64,000 bases of DNA from Lingula anatina. Lineage: Eukaryota; Animalia; Brachiopoda. Below are positions 50,661 through 64,000 of this stretch, piece by piece. How positions within the stretch are numbered: the stretch's first letter is position 1; the number at the start of each line of letters is the position of its first letter. The translations under genes were made by a program, and so were the position numbers. The notes below the pieces were generated by a model. That model searched no databases. It was not told the DNA's origin and worked only from the letters and a program-made list of their open reading frames with translations. The stretch covers positions 17,050,001 through 17,114,000 of the forward strand of contig CM120645.1 in NCBI GenBank assembly GCA_051362555.1, read 5' to 3'.

Positions 50661-51918
50661 ATTTTAATCAATTCGACCAAACTGACATTTCCATGAAATT
50701 AATTAATTAATCTTGGTCGAATTGTTTGGCATATTACCGTACCATAGCAACCTTCCACCTGTAATATGTTCAGAGGAAGTGAACTCCAAAATTGATGGGA
50801 GGGTTTTAAAGTTATCTGATGGACACAAATGACCCACTGTATGGAGTGGTGTTTGCAAGTGTCTGTTTCCATCGAAGATACCATTTAAACTAAGAGACCA
50901 TTCCTAGGCAGGGGCGGATCCAGAGATATTTTCTGACAGTCTTCCAAATTATCTTTATTGATCCATCCTCCATTTTTGACCGTCTGCCGACAGAAAAAAT
51001 TAGATACCCATCTGATCAATGTAAACTTGAAAATCTGACCGTCTTCCAGAAGACCTAGAAGACGGCCTAAATCTGCCCCTGCTAGGCTCTATCATACTAA
51101 CTTTGGATTGATCTATCTTCAAGGGTATTCTCGCTAAATTGCAATCAACATAAGCGGCTTAGATATCTGGCACATGTGCTGAAGCTGTTAGGGGGTATTT
51201 TAACTATCGTTTAGCAGCTTTAGTAGGCGTGCCAGACATCTAAGCCACTTAAGCTGAAAGCAATTTAGCAAAAAACTCCTTGGAGATAGACTGATCCTCT
51301 TAGATCGATCTAGGTATGGGAACCCAGTCTAAAAGATATACAGTATAATTTAAGTCAAAACAGGATGTTTAAAGAACTGATTTGATTGTTCAGAATAGTA
51401 CTCTGAACTGTCATATTTAAAAAGACTATAACAAAAATGTATATATATTGAACAAAGTAAACCTAGTTTTTTCCTTCTAGTTTATCTTTACATTTATCAA
51501 GTTTTTATGTTAGAAGTGTAAAGTGATTTTTCATTTTTAACTCACCAGTGAGGGGCATTAATAGATAATTTGAAAGTGACATGTTAAATTGCCCTATAGC
51601 TTTGTCTGTGGAAAGGAGCAGAAATGAAGCAATGTTCTGATAAGTGTGACTAGTTCACAGCTAAGAGTGCATTCCCAGAGATTTAGATCGATCCAGAGAT
51701 TTAGATTTAGATCGACCTAACTCCCTGGGGGTTCACGGAAAATTGCAGTCGTCCGAGCGCGCACCATAGTTAATTACACCTTCACAGCTTTTAGTTGGCG
51801 GGACAGACATTTAAGCCTGTTAAGCTGACACCAATCTAGTGAGACTCCCCAGGGGGATAGATCGATCGAAATATCTATGGGAATGGGGTCTAAGATGTCC
51901 CCGAAGCAGTGGGAAGTC

Positions 51919-51993
<75 letters not shown>

Positions 51994-52187
51994 GGGGGGG
52001 GGGGGGATAACCTAGATGGATCCCATTCTACCAAATTGAGTAGCTGATCTGGTAGTATGCTTTAGACTTGAACTATGGGTCTGATGCATGGACCTTTCTT
52101 TTTCCATATATTATTCCTGATATAAACATTGGCTTGTTTTCTCCACCTTTTCAGATGGAGAGTATATTTAATCTATTAGATGACAAA
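50601..52187 (+). CDS. Speculative N-terminal exons MDVLADTPNNPTISK (50601-50645) plus MESIFNLLDDK (52155-52187)
   Basis: ATG after ETS motifs; weak donor aag|gtttcc; second piece has a good acceptor ctccaccttttcag and donor aaa|gtaagg, in phase 0. No homology recognised. Confidence 0.3.
50894..51329. mobile_element. Palindromic Harbinger-like MITE (family of 9178-9430), TAA TSD, carrying a nested insertion
   Basis: taa|gagaccattcctagg[insert]ctctatcatactaac...gggaacccagtc|taa aligns to the reverse complement of 9178-9430. Confidence 0.85.
50909..51081. mobile_element. CAGGGGCGGATC...ATCTGCCCCTG TIR element with 5-bp TSD ctagg, nested in a MITE
   Basis: TIR caggggcggatccag / ctaaatctgcccctg; ctagg at 50904-50908 and 51082-51086. 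Confidence 0.88.
51665..51890. mobile_element. Harbinger-like MITE with TAA TSD
   Basis: taa|gagtgcattccca...tgggaatggggtc|taa; shares cagacat(c/t)taagcc and tagatcgatc blocks with the 9178 family; its terminus matches 1-52. Confidence 0.75.
51923..51992. repeat. (GT)n microsatellite
   Basis: Direct read. Confidence 0.95.
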
Positions 52188-53247
52188 GTAAGGCCAATTA
52201 TTAGCCAGCAATGGCTTGGATAAATGACTTGAATGCATGTTAAAGCTGGATGTATATAACTGGAATGAAAGAAAACTAATGCAAAAAGACAGCTGAAGTG
52301 CCCAGGAGATTAATTAGGAAATGCCCCAATAGACATTTCTACCTCCAAGTCTTGGGAAGTCCTGTCAGAATTGATATAGCATTGGATTAAGCATATGATT
52401 AATTCATGCATAGCTTCTTCATGTTCTTCTGAGCACTTTGATGGAAATTGGGTAGGTACCGTAGGAAAACTGTCAGATAGACACAGAAAGATATGAGAAG
52501 AAATATAGTTTTAGATAATCGTTAAAAAATATCATAATTACATTTTGCCTTGATGTGCATTTTGGAACGTCTTTCAACTAGTATATTACTAGTGCACTGC
52601 TGACAAGTTCAAAGCACTGAGCTTAGATTGTCAAAAATAATTATAATCAAGTCATTTAAATAATTGATAATCTGATTTTGACTTGCCAATTTGATGGCTT
52701 AATTTTAATGTTAAGTATTTGGTGTAATTTTATTTTGACTTTCCATGCTAAAAAGATTGGATTACAAAAATTGCATTGTATATAATATATTATCTATGAT
52801 ACAGTCCATTAGTCACTATATATTGATCAATATTATTCTACAAAATATTATGGCTCAATTCCACTAATGCCTCCATTATATTAAAGCAGAACTGTCATAT
52901 TAACTAGGCAGAAGCTGCAGAACATTGAAAAGTTCTCCTCTCTATGGGTGCCATGTTATAATCAAATAACATACGCTGTGCATTATCATTGATTTCCAGA
53001 ACTGCTTTAGACCAGCTGTATTGTCACATATCTGGTAACTCTTTAATCTTCTCCTGTCTCTTGGACATCAGCTTCAAGATTTTTTTTTTTTTTTTTTTTT
53101 TTTTTGCATTTTATTATTTATTTTTACATGTTTGCATCTGTATTCAAGAGTCTAGACCAGAAGATTTAATCCACCATCCTTGTCCTCACTTTATCAAGGT
53201 GCAGGATGGGTACAGGGAAAGTGTGGAGGAAAAATCTGTAATAGACT

Positions 53248-53390
53248 GCTATCCCATGCAAAAACCTGCTCTACACTGGTGCCCCGTACAAAAACCAGCA
53301 ATAAACTACAACTGGTACCCCATGCAAAAATGTACTGGAGTCCTATGCAGAAACCTGCAATATGTGGTTTCCCATGCAGAAACTAGCAAA
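53248..53390. repeat. Degenerate ~30-bp repeat (cccatgcaaaaacc..gc)
   Basis: Four to five diverged ccatgca(a/g)aaac units. Confidence 0.55.
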
Positions 53391-56300
53391 AACATTATCC
53401 ATGAAAAAGAAAAAAAATGCAAACATACTCAGCCTTATTTACAAAGCTGGCAGTAAACTCCAAATAATATGAACTTTAGTAGCTGACTGAATTTTTATCA
53501 CTATATATGCTTTGTCTGTTCATCTGCCTGGCAAAACTGTAATACCTGAGCAAAAGATGTCCTTATCATTTGTGGCACTGCTGTTGACAACGTCCTATTG
53601 TTTATAACTATATGATGTTTGTCACATGATGACAACATGTGGTAACTAGGTGGTATTGACCCTTGACATTTTTGATAAGAGCTAATCAGATATTTTCACA
53701 GTTTATTATGCATTGGCTCCAAGTTTTAACTTTTAGTCCAAAATATATATAAGCCTTTTCCTTAAGACATTCTGACTGTGTCAAATATTATATATTATGT
53801 GATGACAGACATTGTATGGTGATATGGATCTTAGTATATGTCTGGAAGTCATCTCTTAATTATCACTGCACTAGGAACTCGATGCTTTTTAGTAATTGTC
53901 ACTAAAACCACAATGAAAAAGTACTTTGTTCTTTGCTCTGGGATACATATATTTGATATTAGTAATTTCATCATGCCCATCTGGAGATAAGATGGCCAAC
54001 AAAAGGTGCCATGTTAATGTATCACTATATGTGTGAGAAATGCCCCTTGGTGAAGTGTTTCATACAATATATTTGTAATAAACAGCATTTTTATTGAAAC
54101 AGGAAGTTGGGCATATACTATTTGAGCAGAGGGTTATCATAGGTAAATATGCAGCAGTGCTATGTTCTGAACTTCGTGATCGATAGAGGACACAATGCAA
54201 TAGGTAAACTAAAGGCAATATCAAGGGCAGTGACACGCTATCAGAAAGTAGATAGAGAATTACTGTACTAGTACTATATCAACAAACTGTTAGGTATATA
54301 GACTTGGTGTCTGTACATGAGAGGACACTTGATCATATCTTTACAATCTTCAAGTAGCGCCATACACAATAGTAAGTCCCATGCAGAATGAGGGGAAGAT
54401 TTTGACTTCTTTCCTGTGACTTCTCAGAATTCATTTTGTAAGAAAACATATCAAATGATGATTTGTAATACGAAAATATCTAATATCTATGCCTAATTAA
54501 AAGGAGGAAAAATTTGACTCTGTGCTTGTTTAAGAACCTTTTTGTACTTTTAGGGCTTGTCCCCAATTAAACCATCGTTCTACATAGCTCAGTCAAAGTC
54601 CACAGGACTCTTGCTGAATACAATCAGATTAACGTGCTTCCTGCTGGGGTTGAATATAATACAGAAAAAATGGTGATTATACAAGTATATATATTACAAA
54701 CAAGAGGAGATGTGTTAATCAGATTGCATTCAGTGAGAGTCCTCACAGAGTTGGATTGATCTACTTAGAACGATAGTGTTATAAGGAATGAGCCCTTAGA
54801 CATAACACATGTATTCTTATTAATGACAAGAAAAAGAGAAAAAGTTTTATTTTCTGGAAAATATGAAAAATTGGAACAGAAAAAAACAACAATTAGAACA
54901 ATATTACATTGCTATAATAAAGCATTTTTCATTGTAAATGCAGTAATCTGGGGTAGCACAGTGCCAAATCATCTTTTTTTTTTTTTTTTTTGTCAATTTG
55001 TTATGAGAATGGTTTTAATTTGACTAAAATTCATCAAATCAAGTCCTTTTTGTTTGGCCAATTTGTCAGTTTTAGCATTGGGCTAAATTGGCGAGTATTA
55101 GCGCTACCCCAGAGTAATGATTAATCTAAAGGTAAATTATGCATCAGTTATTTGATATGAATTAAGTTTAATCTAGGCAATAACAAGTTTCATTTGTATC
55201 AAATTGCAATTGATCAACAATATTATAAAATGCCGCAACACAATTGTCAATGCCATAAAGTCAATAAAGAAGGAACTACCATAGGAGTCTGAAAAAAATA
55301 GGACTACATTATTGATGGCCCTTTGTGGGAAAGCCTTGTTTAAGATGGCAGCAGCTACTGTAGTTAGGGTAATTCTCATACTCAAAAACTTAAAAAAAGA
55401 GAACTGTGTCCCAAATTTTTGCCAAGTACTTTAATTGTATTTAAATTAAGGCCAAAAATTCATATATTTTCCAATTTTTTGACCCAGAATATCTGTATTT
55501 TGAATATATTTGGTGGTCTTCTAGTAAGTGGCCAGGAGATCTGCCTTTTTTTAACAACAAAATAATAATAAGTTGTAATACATGCATGCATGTAACCATG
55601 CACACACATACATATGCACACACGTTATGCATCCCATTTCACCTGTAGTTGTGTGAATGCTCACAGTAAACATGTGCCCTTTGACAGAGGTATTCATAGA
55701 TATTGAGGTCACAGCGTTCTCCTTAATCTCACATTATTTGATCTGTTAAAGGTAAGAACACAGGTGCGCATTGATGGAAGGTTAGTGCAACTGATTTGGG
55801 TTGTTACTGAAGCATTTCTGTTATTTACTACCTGTAGCACCCTGAGTATCACTGAGTCGGGTTGGAGATCTTGCTGAGGAGTCAACCAATTTAGAATCCG
55901 TGTATCTGATTTGGTTTGTCAAATGCTGAGTGAGGTATTTAGGTCATACATCTGAGCAGCCTAGGTTCTCTTCCCTATGAGTGGAAAGTGTCAGTGCGTT
56001 GTATAGACTGAGGGTATACAATTTGAAGCATGTTCATATTATACCATTGTTATTTATATGATTATGAAGTTCAGCAAGATGTGTGTGTGTGTGTGTGTAT
56101 ATATATATACATTGTCAGGTGTGCAGGTATGGCATTAAGTGTCCAAGGGGATTACTACTTTGAACCATTGTTGTTATAGTCACCAAGTATGTGTATGTTG
56201 TTATGAATTCCTGAGGACACAGGCTTCATCTAGGTACAGTACCACATTTATTTTACACTTTTTTTTTGTATTTGCAGAGCTGTCTCAACTACAAAGCTGC

Positions 56301-59300
56301 TCTAGAGTAAGCACCAAGGTTAAACCAGCCTGGAAAGCTATAAAGTTCAGGTAAGAGCAGGTAACTGTCAATTAAATCCCCATTAACAACTTACTTCATT
56401 GGTTTATGATTGTTCGACATGTGGTATTTATTAACATGTGCTTGTAGGTTATGTCCTGGTGCATTGTTCCTGTGGTCACGTTCATATGACGCTGGGGTGT
56501 GCTTGGGTCCTGCTAATTGATCCATATGCAATCACACATACATTTGTACAGCATACCTCCCACAAAAACTCTTATGCATTCAGCCCATATTGGGATCGGT
56601 CAGATGGACCATTTGGGTGGACTGCCATCTTTATATCTTTGTCACAGGTCACATGATTCCTATGCTCTCACATTTGTATTGGGGTCTACAGGACATGGGG
56701 GAATGTGCTGTATTATGAGTGGATCAATAATTATCTTAGATCTAGACCAAGCTTAAAGCTGTGAGGGATAGGGGATAAGCACTCATCTAAAACCCCAGTG
56801 TGTCAACCACTCAAGAAGTTCTAATAGACCCTTTTCCTAATAGACTACAGTGTGTGTTTGCAAAATGAAGACGGCATTATACCATGGGGAATACATGTAT
56901 ATGGAAATGACCACTTACCAGTACAAAACAAGGCTATCTACATGGCTATACATAAATGACAACTCCTTGACTTAATGTCAGCTTACTAGATATTGTATGA
57001 TAGTGTGTGTGTGCGTGCATGTGTGTGTGTGTGTGTGGAAAGAAGGAGAGAGTACTGAAGACCTATTGTCAGATAGATACAAGTGAAATGGACCCTGGTT
57101 TATCACTGGTAAAGTAAACAAGCCTCTTATTGAAGGTGTCCAAGATTCTTCTGTGTTAATATAGACATCACAGTGTTAGCATTATTAAATCATACAGTAA
57201 TTGTGCAAAGCATTAATATTTGATGTTTCAAAATATTTTACAGAAGGTGAGTGTACAAGAAGCACAGACTTGATTCCTATTTAGGCCTGAAGATGTCATT
57301 TTATTTATACATCTCGGAGTTTTAACACATTGTATCTAAACTCCTCGTGAGCAGTACAGCAAACCAGACCCAGTGAAGGCAGTGATGTGTGCTGATAGCC
57401 AGAGGCAGGGTTTAATAAGAATGTTTTTAAACTAACAGGAGGCAGTCGGCTGGTTGATTACTGCCACCTGCCAGGTTTACAAGTACAGCATACCTAGTGT
57501 AGGTGCACAGGTGAACACAGTCTCCCAGCTTCACTTACAGCATTAATATTGCATTAATTAAACCCCTCTACTTCCTGGATTAAGTTAAAAACAATTTTCT
57601 TTTTTGTTTTAGAGTTGCCATATGTTCCCTAAAAGCATCATCTCCAATAGTGCACAAATTCATGAACAGACCACTTTCTCCAGGTCATTGCTCTCCTATT
57701 GTAGTATACAGAATACACATGAATGATATATATATACATGAAGCCTGTAGTTAGCAGTGCATTGTGCATTAATTTCCTGCATGCAATATGTAAGGCTGTT
57801 TTAGTTTGTTAATGGATGTTTTTTTTTCTCCAATGTCAGACTTTCTATAAGGTGACAGCTATGTTTGACTCACTGCCAGAACCAGTAGGAAGCTGTCTTA
57901 GGATGAAGGTGTTGTCTGGAAGCTTGGCAGTAAAATAAACCTGTGCACTAGTTGTAAGCACACTTCCTCTTGTATGATAGATTTCTTATTGAAATGTCAG
58001 GCTGTTTTTGTACTTAGAGAATGCCAAGGTAAGAATCAGTTGTCATTTCAGATATTAACTGCAGAGTTTGATATGTTGTCTGAAAACTGCATAGTAAGCT
58101 ATGCCTTAATTTGCATTCTTTTAAAACATGATTTTACTCAATTTACAGGTGTCTTTTTATGTACATTTGACAGCTTTGGTGCCTTGTTTTATTTATGACA
58201 CTTTTTTTGTAAATAGCTGCTTTAAACATATTTTATGAAAGACAGTGCCTGGATCCCTGTCTTCTCTTTGTCAGCCTGCCTTAGATCATTGATTGATCAA
58301 CTTTTTTTCTATAAGTAGTTATGTAAAGCTTTTACAAAATTATGCACAAAAATACCAACCTAAGAGAATCTCAATAAATAATTTCATATTCAGCACCAAA
58401 ATCTGCTCAGTCCATAGAAAAAGGAAATAAAAATGTATTTGCATTCTCAATTGTAACCTACATGTAGCTTTTCAACAGGGAAACTCAAGTGAGGACCTTG
58501 TGACTTAGATACCAGAGTATGGATGAAAAGCCCGAAACAACATTGCCAAGATGCCAAACTAGTCACAAGCAGGGCATATAATCTGTTTCTTAAGGGGTTT
58601 TAGCAGATTCTGAATTAATCTTCTCCTCATCCTCAAACAAACTATTAATTTAAAATGAAGAAGATCTATACCATCTGAAGTAATTCTTAACAGCAAATCA
58701 AATGGTTGTGTTTTTAAACGTTCTTTGGACTTATTATATCAATAATATATATATATTTAAGATAAGCATTTTCAGACACCATTCAGATATCATATATCAT
58801 CTCAACAACAATTTGACACTTTTCCCCAAATTCACACTTTAAATGTCAGAATTTTTATAGAGTCCCATGCTGACCATACTGCCCTAGTGGACCTCCAGTA
58901 CTGCCAAGCAATGTATTTTCATTGTGTCTATACACTGTTGTAGAATACCAGTGGGGGATTAAGGGGGGTTCAAAATTTTACATCCAATGCAATGATCTGC
59001 TGAGCAAGACTGAAAAAGTGTTCACACAGGCCCCTGAGACATTAAATGCCATTGACCAATTTTTGATCTTTCTCTACAACAGTCTTGAAATAGTGCCTCA
59101 CTCTGTCTACTCCACCATAGCTGGTTATGATGTAAAATATGGTCTGTCAATTGAGCATGCGCCATATATGAACCTTACATTATAAAAAAAGGAAGGTCTT
59201 ATTTAATTTGATGACATTTTTATCAATATATAAATCCATTATTAATTAATTTAATGTAAGATTTGGAAAAGTTTGGAACCTCCCCTAAATATTGTGTCTA

Positions 59301-59419
59301 CGATATCCCACTCAAAAAGAGACGACAGGACCAATTTACTTTTCCTTTCATTCAAGATTAAATGTATGCAGATATTACAAATGATATCAGGATATAAATA
59401 ATTGGTTAAAGAGGTAATC

Positions 59420-59421
<2 letters not shown>

Positions 59422-59504
<83 letters not shown>

Positions 59505-59600
59505 CTTACATACATACATACTATAAGATAAGTATCAAACTTGTGAACTGTACTTACATACATACATACTATAAGATAAGTATCAAACTTGTGAACTGTT
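59422..59600. repeat. (TA)n microsatellite followed by a 48-bp tandem duplication
   Basis: (TA)~40, then acttacatacatacatactataagataagtatcaaacttgtgaactgt x2. Confidence 0.92.
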
Positions 59601-62600
59601 TGAAATAGGACACTGTGATAAAAAAAAGTTTTAGTGAACAATATATTAGTCAAAGTGTACATATCACAGAAATGTGAACCAGAAAAAGAAAGTTCAGCTT
59701 GTTTTTACTCAGGAATTGGTTTTCTTTAGCACGACTGACTAGTCTTAGAAATAATGCATTACTCAAATTCCAGTACAACTTGGTGAAACATGACTTTGGA
59801 TGCTTTGCCTCCAGCTGTCTGAGGCATTTATGAAGGTTCCATGCATACACTGTAAAAAACAGTCATACAGAAAATCAATTGTCACTGAAACCATCTCATT
59901 TCTTATAAATAGGGTTGATTAAGACTAGGCTAAAAAGGAAGCAAAATTGCCATGAGAGAGAGAGAAAGAGAGAGATTGGTGTCAATGTCAGTGTGTTGGT
60001 TTATTAAAGGTTTACAGATTTCACGATATATGATTTGTTAGATACATGCAATATTAATTGATAGCCATGCCCCTCTCTCTCAAGAAAACCTATTTGTTAA
60101 TTTTTTTCTTTTTTTATACTCAGACACTGTATCTGCAGGTTTTTTTAAGTCTGTCTTGTAAAGCACTGAATTGTATGAATGCATTATGTTCTATGATCAG
60201 ATTGTATTTCAAAAGCTGTTCAATTTTGGATTTTTGACGTAATGTTTGTTGTATTCTATCTTGACATCAATTACTAAATTACCAACCCATTAGTGCTTAT
60301 AGTAGTGGAGACAAGAACTATTTTTGCTTGCCGTTAATTCACTGCTAAAAGAATGCTGGGTAATTTTAGCTTCTGAGGGCAGCGTAGAGATAATGGTTTC
60401 CAGCTAGTGGGCGTAATGGCCTAGTGTAGATGAGAAGCGGATTCCTCCAGAGTGGCAGGACACTCCCTGTGTGAATAGCATCTCCAATTGTTCCACTACT
60501 CAGGCATGTGCCACAATATGAATCAATAAATGGGCCATACCTGGATGCTGCTCTGAAGAGGAGAAAGCATTGGGAATTAAAGAGGAAAAGCAATTTCTGT
60601 GGTAAAGAAGTGTATCTGGATTGCTTTCTGTTTGAATGTATTAGTCCAGAGATTTTTAGGTGAAGATACGAAGTGAATGCTTCACTTTGTAATGTGAAAT
60701 ATCAAGGTTCAAATTTATAAAACTGGGTGAATTCAAGGGGAAGGTAAAATCAGTGAATGGCACAGAGGAATGTGTGTGTGTGTGTGCACGTGCATAATGT
60801 TCGCAGATTCAGAGGCCTGTTTCTCAAAGACTGTAAATCAACGGCTTCTAGTTCCAGGATTCTCCATTTCTGATACATATACCCAGATCAATTGAATTAA
60901 CAGTAGGGGTGCAATAACCATTAGCTAATGATAGTTTTGTGATAATGAACCTGGCTTGCATGGTCTAAATGTAGATTTTAATTCATTACTTGAACTATAA
61001 GATGGTCTTAATTCATATCTTAATAAGAACTGTAAAATGAATAGAATAATACAGCTGCAGATGGAAAGAATGGCAGCTGATTTGAAAGTGCTTATTTTGT
61101 GCCTAAGGTATAGATATTGCATGACAAGTGGGAATATTGTCATCTTGCCTGTTAATTATTTTTGGAGAAAATTGCATTCTTATTCTGCTGGGACAGAATG
61201 CAGGTTTTGCAGTATATATTGCCATCAACTGAGATTACAAAATTTGACTACCTCAGACTTGTAAAAAAGTCAATAAAACCTGTGGGTGAGTCACAAAGTA
61301 TTTATAAGTAAGAAGTAAAAGAACAATTTATTTATTTGATTGTCATTGTTCAAAAGATAATAGTTTCTATCTTCTCTAATCTCTGTTGTTTTCAAATTCA
61401 GCATGTTTTGCTATCAGAGAGAGAAATGTGTCAAATCAAAATGTTACCTAGGTGATGATGATAGCTGAACAGCCTAAGAGTGATAGTGTTGTTTCTTTTT
61501 AAAAAGAAATGGCAAACTTACGTGGCATCATTGCTAATTTGTGATTTCTCCCAAACCAGTGTTGTTTCACTTTTTCAACTTTAAAATACTAAGTAGTACT
61601 TCATTTTTAAGGCTTGTTTAGTAGTACATAATATTTTTTTAAGCTAAGTGAATGGTTACGATATATTTGCCTTCGATGTTCAGTTTATATATAATACAGT
61701 TTTGATGTACTGATATCTTGGTTTGTAACAAATTTAACAATTTCTCTTGAGACCAAAGAAATGGGAGGATTTTACACAGCAAAAATCCCTCAAGTGCAAT
61801 GTGAAGACAGTCAAAGAACACCTCCACATGGAGGAGTAAAAAGGTTTTAACAGTCACGCAAATGATCATGAATTAAGCTGAGCTGAGTGTTAATTGCCTT
61901 CATTTAGCATTGGTGCATTTATAGCTGTGCTTTAGTTGTTAACAAGATGCCATTGTTAATTTTAACAATTTAGGTTATGCTAAGATATACCCTTATGCAG
62001 TGTTGTACGTGCTGTGCTTCTGATTCATGCACATTGTTTCGTTATCCTTAAACAGCAAAATATAAAAGTCATTGCATGTTAAATCATCTTTACTCCTTCA
62101 TGTAGAGGTGGTCTTTGACTATCTGGTGTTTTCATTTTCTAGTTGCAAATTCATCTTTACAGCCACTGTTTTCATGCTGACTTCATGGGACTCTATTATT
62201 GTGTGTGTTCCTGTCCTGCCCAATAATGATTGAGGACAATATTGAATTACATTTTGAACTGTTCATTGCTGGTCAATCTTAATTGATGGAAATAAACCAG
62301 CTATGAATAGCTGTGAATAGAAATATACTTGAAGTCTGCAACATTACATCCATTCATGAATGACATTGGCTATGTTTTGCATGGTCTTTTCTTTCTCAGC
62401 AGTTTCCATTTACTAATGTTTAACTGATGATTTTATCTATTTGACTGTATTGTTCCTTTGGGCCAAACTGATTTTCTGTATGTGCATACACAATTTTTAC
62501 TACTTATACTCAACCATGTGAATGGACTGAAAAATTAGTTATTTTTCTGATTAATTGGTGTTTCAGTAAATATACTGAATAAATATGATCAAGGTACCAC

Positions 62601-63110
62601 CCTGTAAGTATAAACCTATATTTCTGCATTATTATAGCTTACAATATTTTAAAGACACAGTTTTGAAAGTTGATAATTGTGTGTGTGCTCATGATTCAAG
62701 TTTCAAGAGCTCACATAGTGTTATCAGTTATCAATGAAAATGATTTGCTACATATCATATCAGCAGTGAAAATACGAAATATAGAAAAAAAAGGTCATGC
62801 AGATTACACAATGAAGAGAATGAGACTGCGCCATCATTGACAGACCTAATCATTTTGTTCATTCAGGTGAGCCACCATTAATATATTTGTATGTGCCTAG
62901 AATGGTTTTGGTATTCAGAGGATTCACTGGGATTATGCCTGATTTTCCAGGTCTTGTCAATGCATAGTGAGGGGTTTGCTGTAAAGTTTTACTCCTCAGC
63001 ATTATATGTCTAGGAATAATACAAAATCTCTTGAGGAATTCTGTCATCCATTGCTGCACTCAGTGATTGATTATTTCCAATTGAAAGTCCATACACACAC
63101 TCACTATGTT

Positions 63111-63114
<4 letters not shown>

Positions 63115-63168
<54 letters not shown>
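63115..63168. repeat. (TA)n microsatellite
   Basis: Direct read. Confidence 0.95.
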
Positions 63169-63171
<3 letters not shown>

Positions 63172-64000
63172 TCTTTTATTCAGCAACTCCCATGCTACCA
63201 TACCTTGTAATGGCTTCTCTCCCACTCTTCTTACAAATTGAAAAAGCTTAATTCATGATTCATTGACTTGCACACACACACACACACACCCAACCCCCCA
63301 AAAAGCCCTTAGTACATTATTGGCTTCTTTTTTACTGCTGGCCCATACCATGAAAATGAATTTCAATATTTTTTTGACTCCCATTGAAAACAGGCAAGAA
63401 TCCATGCGTGGATGAGGTTACCTTTCTTACAATAAACGATGAAACTATAGGCACTAAAAATATGGACTTAGAAAGCAATACAGAAAAGACATGCAGTGAA
63501 TGTTGAATTCCTCCTGTTGTGCAATGGACTATATTAGATGACTAAATTACATGAATTTTAAATTATTACTACCAAACTCTACTTTCTTGTCTGCCATTAT
63601 TTCTAATCCCACTTTCTTCCAAATCCTCAAAAAAATTTTTTTCTGGGATGATCCCAAATGAATATATGAATGTTAACCATTTAACTCCAGGGTTCCTGAT
63701 GCTTTACAAGTTCCATTCATTATTGATTATGTAGGTTTGCTCCTAAGAAATCACCATCCACAGAAAACTATATGGCCAAAATTTAGTGAATGACATACAA
63801 TGTGAGCTGCTTGCTGGCTGTTTCAAGTTTTCAGTGTTGCTTTTAGCAAATTAATGGAACATCTATTTCCTTGACTTGATACAGTGCAGGGTTGGCTGCC
63901 TGAATTGAAAAACTTAATAATAAGCTGAAATTGTGATGGATGAATTCTGTTGTTCACTAAAAATAAGCCTTAATTGAGGAATTTATATGCACTAACATTT

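Noticed and set aside
52989-53456. 155-aa ORF
   Set aside because: Spans poly-T and a degenerate repeat, has a non-ATG start and no recognisable domain.
59387-59662. YIYIYI ORFs (also 63010..63225, and the THTH ORF at 51774..52034)
   Set aside because: Microsatellite translations.
60370-60560. GC-richer island, possible ncRNA or exon
   Set aside because: No tRNA or snRNA motifs and no consistent splice or ORF signals could be supported by eye.

Overview
AT-rich, intron-dense eukaryotic DNA; it looks like an invertebrate animal, possibly molluscan/lophotrochozoan (inference from composition and repeats). Manual splicing gives: (1) the last coding exon of an unidentified + strand gene (88-277); (2) a complete G6PD on the - strand (12 coding exons, ~530 aa) with two duplicated alternative terminal exons; (3) head-to-head with it, a 32-exon, ~1621-aa RCC1-repeat gene on + (claret/GLO-4-like by inference); (4) an 11-exon, 336-aa WD40 gene on - with a U12-type last intron; (5) ~20 kb with CpG-enriched promoter patches and candidate first exons of an unidentified + gene. 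Several MITEs (some nested) and a decayed Harbinger Myb remnant are present. The most striking signal is nine minisatellites or duplications built from an exon end plus its own splice site and expanded into the intron, found in all three complete genes. They create runs of decoy donors or acceptors; in the six arrays checked, using a decoy would give a stop or frameshift.
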